This document shows, piece by piece, positions 56,600-64,000 of a stretch of DNA of 64,000 bases; the stretch's first letter is position 1; every line of letters starts with the position of its first letter. The stretch covers positions 2,227 to 66,226 of the forward strand of contig DASQJB010000200.1 of the NCBI GenBank assembly GCA_035631295.1, written 5' to 3'. Source of the stretch: Bryobacteraceae bacterium. Its GTDB lineage: Bacteria > Acidobacteriota > Terriglobia > Bryobacterales > Bryobacteraceae. The position numbers and the translations under genes are program-made. Below the pieces are notes generated by a model. The model was not told where the DNA came from. It was given only the letters and a program-made list of their open reading frames with translations, and ran no database searches.

Positions 56600-57793
56600 T
56601 TATTTGGCAGTAAGAGCTACGGCTAGGCTGGTGGCCAGTAGGTTCAACATCCCCAACGGAAACAGAAACAGCCACGCGAACCTCATGAGCTGGTCGTAGC
56701 GGAAGCGCGGGAGCGTCGCCCGAACCCAGATAAACAGGAACAGAATCGCGCCGGTTTTCGCGCCAAACCAAAACAAGGGCAGCAGAATGGGCTGAACCGC
56801 CGGAATCAGGAATAGTCCGGCGATTCCCAAACTCAGCACGCCGAATACTGGAAGCGTGATGCGGTCAAGCGGCCGCGCCGGGTTCGCCGCGTGGTAGAAG
56901 CACAACAGGCCTGCAGCGGCGTGCACGAGAGAGGGAATGTACTTCGAGCCATACTCCGCCGGAAAGGGAGGCTGCCAACCTCCTAGGAACAACAGCGTCG
57001 CCACGCACGAAACCGTCACCATGTTGGCGTATTCCGCCATGAAAAACGCCGCGAACTTCATGCTCGAATACTCGGTGTGGAATCCGGCAACTAACTCATT
57101 TTCCGCTTCCGGCAGATCGAACGGTACGCGGTTAGTCTCTGCAAACGCCGCGATCAGGAAAACGAGGAACGCAAGGATTTGGGGGAACGGGCTGTGAAAG
57201 ATGCCCCAATTCGGTATAAATTTGGCGTAGTAAAAGCCTTGTTTCGCGACGATTTCGCGAAAGTTCAGCGTGTTGAAAATCAGCAGCGGCGCGGCGATCG
57301 CGAGAGCCATAGGCAACTCATAGCTGATCATCTGCGCCGAGCTGCGCAAGCCGCCCAGCAGCGAATACTTGTTGTTAGAAGACCAACCCGCGAGCGCCAC
57401 CCCGTATACTCCCAAACCCGAGATGGCTAGAATAAATAAAACGCCGATGTCGAGGTCCGTCAACTCCATCCCCGTCCGGACGCCGCCGACTTCAATTACC
57501 GGACCAAAAGGAATCACTGCGATCGAGATCAGCGCGAACGTTACCGCAATGAATGGCGCGAGCAAATAGAATATCGTGCTCACGTGGGAAGGCAGCATGC
57601 CTTCTTTCGTGATCAGCTTGATGACGTCGGCCAACGGTTGCAGCAAACCATGCGGCCCCACGCGCCGGGGCCCGACGCGAAGCTGCACATGCGCGATGAC
57701 CTTTCTCTCGATCCACTGCAAGTAAGCTAACGTATGCATCAAGACGGCGACAACGATTGCGGTCTTGATGAGGCTGAGAAGGTAGAAATTCAT
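56600..57793 (-). CDS. nuoH: NADH-quinone oxidoreductase subunit H
   Basis: ERKVIAHVQLRVGPRRVGPHGLLQPLADVIKL and EAENELVAGFHTEYS. Confidence 0.92.
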   Translation of the reverse strand: MNFYLLSLIKTAIVVAVLMHTLAYLQWIERKVIAHVQLRVGPRRVGPHGLLQPLADVIKLITKEGMLPSHVSTIFYLLAPFIAVTFALISIAVIPFGPVIEVGGVRTGMELTDLDIGVLFILAISGLGVYGVALAGWSSNNKYSLLGGLRSSAQMISYELPMALAIAAPLLIFNTLNFREIVAKQGFYYAKFIPNWGIFHSPFPQILAFLVFLIAAFAETNRVPFDLPEAENELVAGFHTEYSSMKFAAFFMAEYANMVTVSCVATLLFLGGWQPPFPAEYGSKYIPSLVHAAAGLLCFYHAANPARPLDRITLPVFGVLSLGIAGLFLIPAVQPILLPLFWFGAKTGAILFLFIWVRATLPRFRYDQLMRFAWLFLFPLGMLNLLATSLAVALTAK

Positions 57794-59883
57794 GCCAGAA
57801 CTTCTCCCGGCGCGACGGGATGCGGCGCGGCGGCTCCATCCTGATATAGTGCTCCGGGCGCCTCAATCACCGAGTTTAGGACGCTTGAATAGCGGCCCAG
57901 TGTCCCCGAAGTGAATAACGTGTCGCCGCTTGATGCAATGCTCCCTGGAAGCGCCGCCACTCGTCCATTCAAGGGCGCCGTTGGAGCGGCGCCACCCGCG
58001 GCGACCACCGGCATCGGCACGTTATAACCCGGAACCGAACGGCAAATTTCCTCCAACACCTTCTCGGGCAGCCAGATGCCCAGGTTCACTCCCATTTCCT
58101 TTGCGATCAGCCCCATGATCTCCAGATCCGTCTTGGTTCCCATCGCTTTGATGGCGGCTCTGAGCTTCTGGACCTCGCCGCAAGTGTTAGTCACAGTCCC
58201 GTTCTTCTCGTAAGCCGAAGCAGCGGGAAGCACGATGTCCGCGCGTTTCGCGGTCTCCGTCATGAACAGATCCTGCACCACCACCCAGGCTCTCGCCGCT
58301 GCGAGCGTGGCGGCTTTGAGCGGATTCGCGCCGACAACCCAAAGCACGTCCAGGTCAGGAGCTGCCAGCATCTGCTCGCGGCTCATTCCGCCGTCTCGCG
58401 GGATCACACCCATATCAAACGCGCCCCGCGAGTTCGAATAATCCACGAGGCAGACGTATTTCACTGGAATCCCAAGGGAATCGCCGAACGCGATCAGCTT
58501 GCGCAACCCGCTACCCTGGATGGCGGCGCCGAAAAGTATGACCAGATCGCCTTCACTCTTCAACTGGTCGCGCAGCGACTCCACCGCGGCCAGTTCCCCG
58601 CCCGGCTGCACATGAACGGCGGCCGCGCCCTGCTTTTCTTCCCGCACCGGGCCGTAAGTCACTGCGTAGACATGCGCTCCGTGATGCCGTATATTCGCGC
58701 GGATTTGATAAGCCAACAGGGGGTGCTGCTGCGAAAGATCGTTCGCTACAATCAGCACAGCCTTGGCCGTATACAGATCGTCCACTGTAGCGAGCGCGTT
58801 CGTCCTGCCTGAAAGAGCGTCGAAAAATGTCGCCAGATCGCCGGTTCTATGATGATCGATGTTGGGCGTCCCTAGCCCCTGGCGCGCGAACTTCTGCAGG
58901 AAAAAATTCTCTTCGTTGCTCGTGTGATTCGAACCGATCACCCCGAAACGCGCGCCGGCCTTCTTGAACTCGGCAAACCGGCCTCCGACAATCTCCAGAG
59001 CCTTCGACCAGGAGATCGGCTCAAAACCCGATCCCGTCTTGAGCATCGGGGACTGCAACCGCTCAGGATGTTCCGTAAAGTCGAAGGCATAGCGGCCCTT
59101 GACGCACAGAAACTCGCCATTGACGCCGCTGCGGTCGCGATTATTTCCGCGAAGGATTTTTTCGTTTCGCACGCCCAGCGTGGTCTTACAGCCGTCGGCG
59201 CAATGCGTGCAGATCGTGCCGACGTGATTCATCTCCCACGGGCGCGTCTTATAGCGATAGGCTCCGCTCGTCAGCGCGCCCACCGGGCAAATGTCGATGC
59301 AAGCGCCGCATTCGTCGCATTCCAAATAATCGTGCCGGTTGGGGACGATTTCCGAAATCACGCCCCGGTCGGAAACGCCCAGAGCGTTCACGCCCATCCC
59401 TTCATTGCAGACGCGTACGCAGCGGTAACACAGAATGCAGCGCGGCGCGTCGAAATAAACCACCGGCGACCATTGTTTCTCCGGAACGTGCTGTTTGCGC
59501 TCCGTGAAGCGGCTTTCGCCCGCGCCATAGCGAAAGACCATGTCCTGGAGCTCGCATTCGCCGCCTTTGTCGCAGACCGGGCAATCCAAAGGATGATTCG
59601 TTAGCAGGAATTCGAGCGTGCCCTTGCGGGCCTGCGTCACGACGTCCGACTCGGTCCGCACCACCATGCCCTCGGCCACCGGAAGCGTGCAGCCCACCTG
59701 AAGCTTGGGCGTCTTCTCCACTTCCACCAGGCACATGCGGCAGGCAGCTTGCAGCGTCAGGCCCTCGTAATAGCAGAACGCGGGAACTTCGATGCCGTTC
59801 TCCCGCGCGACCTCGATCAGGAGCTTGCCCTTTTCGGCTTCGACGCCCTGTCCGTTAATGGTGAGCTTCACGGTTTCGGCCAT
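57790..59883 (-). CDS. nuoG: NADH-quinone oxidoreductase subunit G
   Basis: 2Fe-2S region CYYEGLTLQAACRMCLVEV; HPLDCPVCDKGGECELQD; CILCYRCVRVC; molybdopterin-like C-terminal domain. Confidence 0.92.
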   Translation of the reverse strand: MAETVKLTINGQGVEAEKGKLLIEVARENGIEVPAFCYYEGLTLQAACRMCLVEVEKTPKLQVGCTLPVAEGMVVRTESDVVTQARKGTLEFLLTNHPLDCPVCDKGGECELQDMVFRYGAGESRFTERKQHVPEKQWSPVVYFDAPRCILCYRCVRVCNEGMGVNALGVSDRGVISEIVPNRHDYLECDECGACIDICPVGALTSGAYRYKTRPWEMNHVGTICTHCADGCKTTLGVRNEKILRGNNRDRSGVNGEFLCVKGRYAFDFTEHPERLQSPMLKTGSGFEPISWSKALEIVGGRFAEFKKAGARFGVIGSNHTSNEENFFLQKFARQGLGTPNIDHHRTGDLATFFDALSGRTNALATVDDLYTAKAVLIVANDLSQQHPLLAYQIRANIRHHGAHVYAVTYGPVREEKQGAAAVHVQPGGELAAVESLRDQLKSEGDLVILFGAAIQGSGLRKLIAFGDSLGIPVKYVCLVDYSNSRGAFDMGVIPRDGGMSREQMLAAPDLDVLWVVGANPLKAATLAAARAWVVVQDLFMTETAKRADIVLPAASAYEKNGTVTNTCGEVQKLRAAIKAMGTKTDLEIMGLIAKEMGVNLGIWLPEKVLEEICRSVPGYNVPMPVVAAGGAAPTAPLNGRVAALPGSIASSGDTLFTSGTLGRYSSVLNSVIEAPGALYQDGAAAPHPVAPGEVLA

Positions 59884-60059
59884 CGATTACAGTCCACCTT
59901 GCGCCGCAAACGATGCGGTGGCGCAGGCACTCGTCCCTGCCGCCGCACCCGTGTCGAGGCCTGGCGCCGGCGAAGACTGCGGCAGGCGTCGAGACGAGTC
60001 TCGACGCGGCACGCAAGAGTGCGTGCGCCACGAAAATCTAGTAGTAGACAACCCTAGAT
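59884..60059 (-). other. 176-bp GC-rich, hairpin-dense spacer inside the nuo operon (between nuoF and nuoG)
   Basis: Inverted repeats at 59986-60007 (10-bp stem, GA loop), 60009-60026 (7-bp stem, 4-nt loop), 60035-60060 (7-bp stem, 12-nt loop) and an imperfect one at 59901-59924. No ORF. Confidence 0.6.
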
Positions 60060-61343
60060 TCATGCCGCCACCGCCAGCAGTTTCTCAAAGTCCTCTGGGA
60101 ATTTGTCCACGATGGAAATGGTGGGCATCGCCGCCGCGTCTCCCAGCGCGCAAAAAGTGCGGCCCAGCATGTTCTTGGAGAGCTCGCCCAATAACGACAC
60201 ATCCTCGCGCCGCCCGCCGCCGTCCACGAAGCGCTGCAGAATTTTCCGCAGCCACGTCGTGCCCTCGCGGCACGGAATGCACCAGCCACAGCTTTCGTGG
60301 GCGTAAAAGCGCATAATGCGCAGCGCTACCTTCACCATGTCCGTAGTTTCATCCATTACTACCATGCCGCCCGAGCCCAGCATGCTTCCGACTTTCGCCA
60401 GCGTGTCGTAGTCCATCGGGATGTCGCATTCTTCCGCTTTGAGAAGCGGGCAGGACGATCCTCCCGGCACCACTGCTTTGAGCTTCTTGCCGCCCGGGAT
60501 TCCGCCCCCCACTTCGTAAATCGCCTTGAGCATCGGATAGCCCAGCGGCAGCTCGTACACTCCAGGCTTGTTCACGTGCCCCGAAATGCACACCAGGCGC
60601 GTGCCGCCGTTCTTGGGAGTCCCCAGGTCCGCGAACGCTCTTCCGCCGTCGCGAATGATCGCCGGAACCGCACTGAACGTCTCCACATTGTTCAGCAGCG
60701 TAGGACTGGCCCAAGCGCCTGCCACCGCTGGAAACGGAGGCTTCATCCGCGGAATCCCGCGCTTGCCCTCGAGCGAATCCAGCAGCGCCGTCTCTTCGCC
60801 GCATTCGTAAGCCCCAGCTCCCGAATGCGTGTATAGATCGAATTCGAATCCCGTGCCAGCGACGTTCTTGCCGAGATACCCTTTCGAATACGCCTCGGCG
60901 ATCGCCCGATCCATGTGGTCGATCAGGTAGCGGTACTCACCGCGAATGTAGATGTAGCCCTTGTGCGAATCCATCGCCAGGCCGGCGATCAGAATTCCCT
61001 CGATCAACTGGTGCGGATCATACTCCATCAGCAGCCGGTCTTTGCAGGTTCCCGGCTCGCTCTCATCCGCGTTCACCACGATGTATTTGGGCTTAGGCGA
61101 AGAGCGTGGCACGAAGCTCCACTTCAAGCCCGTCGGGAATCCCGCTCCGCCACGGCCCCGGAGCGAGGAAACCTTCACTTCCTCGATAATCTGCTCCGGC
61201 GTCATCTCGCGAGCTTTCAGAAATGCCTTGAATCCGTCGTTGGCCAGATAGGTGTCTAGCGACTCCGAATTCTCGAGGCTGAAGCGCTTGCTGACGACTC
61301 TCGTCTCGAGTGGGCTCGGTTCGTTATAGAGCTGTTTGGGCAT
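60060..61343 (-). CDS. nuoF: NADH-quinone oxidoreductase subunit F
   Basis: GRGGAGFPTGLKW (FMN/NADH site) and ESCGWCIPCREG (N3 cluster). Confidence 0.95.
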   Translation of the reverse strand: MPKQLYNEPSPLETRVVSKRFSLENSESLDTYLANDGFKAFLKAREMTPEQIIEEVKVSSLRGRGGAGFPTGLKWSFVPRSSPKPKYIVVNADESEPGTCKDRLLMEYDPHQLIEGILIAGLAMDSHKGYIYIRGEYRYLIDHMDRAIAEAYSKGYLGKNVAGTGFEFDLYTHSGAGAYECGEETALLDSLEGKRGIPRMKPPFPAVAGAWASPTLLNNVETFSAVPAIIRDGGRAFADLGTPKNGGTRLVCISGHVNKPGVYELPLGYPMLKAIYEVGGGIPGGKKLKAVVPGGSSCPLLKAEECDIPMDYDTLAKVGSMLGSGGMVVMDETTDMVKVALRIMRFYAHESCGWCIPCREGTTWLRKILQRFVDGGGRREDVSLLGELSKNMLGRTFCALGDAAAMPTISIVDKFPEDFEKLLAVAA

Positions 61344-61864
61344 TAGGAATCCGCTCCCTCACGGTCGCGGCTCGGTAGGGAAGGGTTGCGGCTCTGTAGG
61401 GCGTCGATCAACTGGTCGAGCTTTTCCGGAGTCACGAAATGATGAAAATCGTAGTTGATCTCAACCGCCGGCGCCCAGGAGCATGCTCCCATGCACTCCA
61501 CTTCCTCGAGCGAAAACTGCCCGTCCGCCGTCACTTCCTTGTGACCGATCCCCAGCTTCTTCCGCGCATGCTCATAAAGCTCTTCGCCGCCCACCAGCAG
61601 GCAACTGATGTTGGTGCAGACCTGGACGTGGTGTTTCCCCATGGGCTTGCGGTGAAGCATCGAATAGTAGCCCACCACTTCGTCCACTTGCAGCGGCGCA
61701 ACTTCGCAGCGCCGCGCCACTTCTTCGACCAACTCCCGCGTCACCGCGCCGACTTCGTCCTGCGCGTAAATGAGCATGGGAACCACGGCGGAACGCTTCC
61801 GCCCTTCGGGGTAACTTGCCAGCATTTTTTGGAATCGCTCTTCGAGCTGGGGAGAAAAGGTCAT
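61343..61864 (-). CDS. nuoE: NADH-quinone oxidoreductase subunit E
   Basis: Thioredoxin-like 2Fe-2S subunit: VCTNISCLLVG and CMGACSWAP. Confidence 0.92.
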   Translation of the reverse strand: MTFSPQLEERFQKMLASYPEGRKRSAVVPMLIYAQDEVGAVTRELVEEVARRCEVAPLQVDEVVGYYSMLHRKPMGKHHVQVCTNISCLLVGGEELYEHARKKLGIGHKEVTADGQFSLEEVECMGACSWAPAVEINYDFHHFVTPEKLDQLIDALQSRNPSLPSRDREGADS

Positions 61865-63105
61865 TAACGGTCCGTGTCCCCCAGGACGAAGTCCATGCTG
61901 CCCAAGGCCGCGATCGAATCGGCGATCAAGATCCCTTCAAGCATGTTCGGCAACCCTTGCAAGTTGCCAAAGCTGGGCGTGCGCATGTGCACCCGGTAGG
62001 GTTTGGAGGTTCCGTCGCTGACGACGTAATATCCGATCTCGCCGCGCGGCGATTCTATGCACTGAAACACCTCGCCGGCCGGCACGCGGAATCCTTCGGT
62101 GACGATCTTGAAATGGTAAATCAGGGCCTCCATCTGGGTCTTCATCTTTTCCCGGTCCGGCAGCACCACGTGCGGGGCATCGGCCTGGTATGGCCCTTCC
62201 GGCATGCCCTCCAGGGCCTGCGCGATGATGTTGGCGCTTTCCCGCATCTCTTGTAGCCGCACCCGATAACGGGCGTACACGTCGTTTTCGGTGCGTGTGG
62301 CGATGTTGAAATCGAACTTGTCATAGCTGGAGTAGGGCTCGTTCTTGCGCAGATCCATGGGCACGCCCGCGGCGCGCACCATCGGGCCGGTCACGCCCAA
62401 ATCCAGCATGTCTTCGAGCGAAATGAAACCCACGCCCTGGGTGCGGCGCTTCCAGATCGGATTGGAGTCGAGCAGCTCTTCATACTCGTCCACCTTGCTG
62501 GGAAAAGCGCGAATGAATTTGCCCACCGCCTGCTGCCAGCCTCGCGGCGGCTCCAGCGCCAGCCCGCCGATGCGGATGTAACTGGTCATCATCCTCTGCC
62601 CGGAGAACATTTCCAGGATGCGCAAAATGTCTTCGCGCTCGCGGAAGCAGTAGAAGAAGACCGTCATCGCGCCGATATCCAGCGCGTGGGTGCCCAGCCA
62701 CACCAAGTGGCTATTGAGGCGTGAAAACTCCGTCATCATCACACGCATCCATTGCGCACGAGGCGGAATCTCCAGTTGCAGCAGCTTCTCCACGGCCAGG
62801 GCGTAACACAGGTTGTTGGACAGGTTCGCAAGGTAGTCGACGCGGTCGGTCAGCGTAACGGCCTGTTGCCAGTTTTTTTGCTCGCATTCTTTCTCGATGC
62901 CGGTGTGGAGGAATCCGATGTCCGGCTCCGCCTTGACGATGGTTTCGCCCTCGAGCTCCAGCACGATGCGCAGAACCCCGTGCGTGGAGGGGTGCTGCGG
63001 GCCCATGTTCAGGGTCATGCGCCGCGGCGCGGCGGGCGACTCGGGCCTCTCCGGCACTGCCTCGATCGTCGCAACGTGCTCTTCAAATAGGGGCGGCTTC
63101 TTCAT
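61864..63105 (-). CDS. nuoD: NADH-quinone oxidoreductase subunit D
   Basis: LNMGPQHPSTHGVLR and C-terminal SMDFVLGDTDR. Confidence 0.95.
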   Translation of the reverse strand: MKKPPLFEEHVATIEAVPERPESPAAPRRMTLNMGPQHPSTHGVLRIVLELEGETIVKAEPDIGFLHTGIEKECEQKNWQQAVTLTDRVDYLANLSNNLCYALAVEKLLQLEIPPRAQWMRVMMTEFSRLNSHLVWLGTHALDIGAMTVFFYCFREREDILRILEMFSGQRMMTSYIRIGGLALEPPRGWQQAVGKFIRAFPSKVDEYEELLDSNPIWKRRTQGVGFISLEDMLDLGVTGPMVRAAGVPMDLRKNEPYSSYDKFDFNIATRTENDVYARYRVRLQEMRESANIIAQALEGMPEGPYQADAPHVVLPDREKMKTQMEALIYHFKIVTEGFRVPAGEVFQCIESPRGEIGYYVVSDGTSKPYRVHMRTPSFGNLQGLPNMLEGILIADSIAALGSMDFVLGDTDR

Positions 63106-63108
63106 ACT

Positions 63109-63558
63109 TCACTCATTCCCGTAGCCGTACTTGTAGCCGTGCACCGGATAATCCTTGCGCAGCGGATATCCTTCCCAATCGACGGGCATCAGAATCCTCA
63201 CCAGGTTGGGATGATTGCGGAAGCGGATGCCGAACATATCGTAAACTTCACGCTCATACCAATTGGCGCCCCGCCACACGGACGTCACGGACTCGATCTC
63301 CGGGTCGTTCCCGCTTAACCGGCACTTCAGTCGCAACCGTCGATTCCGCTCGATTGAATGCAGATGATAAACGACCTCGAATCGCGCGCCATCCTTCATC
63401 AGTGCTGGATGCCAATCCACCGCGGTCACCGCGCTCAAGCGGATGAATTTCTCGCTGTCCTTTAGATAGCGGCAAAGATCCACGATCTGGGATGGCTCGG
63501 CAATTAGCGTTGTTTCGCCGAATGCTTCCGTGGTTTCCAGGATGGCAGGATGATTCAT
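63109..63558 (-). CDS. nuoC: NADH-quinone oxidoreductase subunit C
   Basis: ATG 63558 overlaps the nuoA stop (ATGA). WYEREVYDMFGIRFRNHPN. The longer ORF-track start at 63705 overlaps nuoA and was rejected. Confidence 0.88.
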   Translation of the reverse strand: MNHPAILETTEAFGETTLIAEPSQIVDLCRYLKDSEKFIRLSAVTAVDWHPALMKDGARFEVVYHLHSIERNRRLRLKCRLSGNDPEIESVTSVWRGANWYEREVYDMFGIRFRNHPNLVRILMPVDWEGYPLRKDYPVHGYKYGYGNE

Positions 63559-63953
63559 TTGGAAGCTGCTTCCTCGTCGCGGTGAGGCGTCCAGTCGAGC
63601 ACGCCTTTTTTCCAGACATAAAAGAAGCCCACTAGAATCAGGACGACGAAGATCAACATCTCCACAAATCCGAACAGCTTGAGCTGCCGGAAAACCACCG
63701 CCCACGGGTACAGGAATACCGCTTCGATGTCGAACAAAATAAAGATCATCCCCACCAGGTAAAACTTCACGCTGAAGCGCTCGCGAGCCGAGCCGACCGG
63801 CGCCATTCCCGATTCGTAAGGAGTGTCCTTCAGAGGGCTCCGCGCGCGTTTGCCGAGCAGCACTGAGATTGTGATCAGCGCAGCAGCGATCCCGGCCGCG
63901 ATCACGATCTGGACCAGGACCGGAAAGTAAATCTCAGGGTAGCTTGTCGGCAT
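63555..63953 (-). CDS. nuoA: NADH-quinone oxidoreductase subunit A
   Basis: 132 aa, 3 TM; PYESGM ... FDIEAVFLYPWA. Confidence 0.9.
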   Translation of the reverse strand: MPTSYPEIYFPVLVQIVIAAGIAAALITISVLLGKRARSPLKDTPYESGMAPVGSARERFSVKFYLVGMIFILFDIEAVFLYPWAVVFRQLKLFGFVEMLIFVVLILVGFFYVWKKGVLDWTPHRDEEAASK

Positions 63954-64000
63954 GCTTGGAGGAAGCGGAAGGCTTAACTCCTTACTATAATGACCGGCGG

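Noticed and set aside
63954-64000. Promoter or RBS call upstream of nuoA (TATAGT and TAAGGAG on the minus strand)
   Set aside because: Only 47 nt are visible. TAAGGAG is too far (about 27 nt) from the ATG to be its Shine-Dalgarno. The -10-like hexamer alone is insufficient evidence.

Overview
64 kb of GC-rich bacterial chromosome, densely coded on both strands, with about 60 protein genes. I recognised no rRNA, tRNA, CRISPR array, transposase or integrase. The gene content suggests a soil Acidobacteriota-like organism (inference): a TIGR03435-type soil-associated paralog, many signal-peptide hydrolases, three PQQ quinoproteins and an XoxF-type methanol dehydrogenase. Layout: (1) 0-3.5 kb: queF translationally coupled to both neighbours, then a lactonase and a NUDIX hydrolase. 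(2) 3.5-4.4 kb: AT-richer degenerate stretch. (3) 4.4-6.4 kb: PQQ dehydrogenase with an RGG tail. (4) 6.7-8.4 kb: C39-like peptidase/PepSY-like gene broken by two frameshifts, plus a paralogous ORF. (5) 8.8-16.8 kb: assorted hydrolases and oxidoreductases. (6) 16.9-18.1 kb: a TIR-domain protein fused to a helical repeat region, plus a small AT-rich coiled-coil ORF; this is my best candidate for an undescribed defence/signalling module. (7) 18.2-20.3 kb: two MBL hydrolases. (8) 20.3-24.7 kb: xoxJ-xoxG-xoxF plus a tightly linked hydrolase. (9) 24.8-25.4 kb: DUF433/DUF5615 TA-like pair with a doubly frameshifted toxin. (10) 25.4-36.4 kb: cyclase, sugar dehydrogenase, membrane protein, transglutaminase-like protein, two-component pair, cytochrome-c/Vgb-like propeller, trpD. 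(11) 36.5-37.6 kb: AT-richer islet with a DUF1906 gene, a 22-bp inverted repeat and a frameshifted orphan Phd/YefM antitoxin. (12) 37.7-50.9 kb: RumA-like methyltransferase head-to-head with trpS, hydrolases, carbamoyltransferase, NHL protein, pirin/flavodoxin/DinB, and an intact Phd-VapC pair coupled to an NTF2-like gene. (13) 50.9-64.0 kb: nuo cluster in the order A-C-D-E-F-G-H-J-K-L-M-N with no nuoB or nuoI, and a 176-bp hairpin-rich spacer between nuoF and nuoG. Every frameshift I could see lies in an accessory, TA-like or defence-type gene; the long housekeeping genes are intact.
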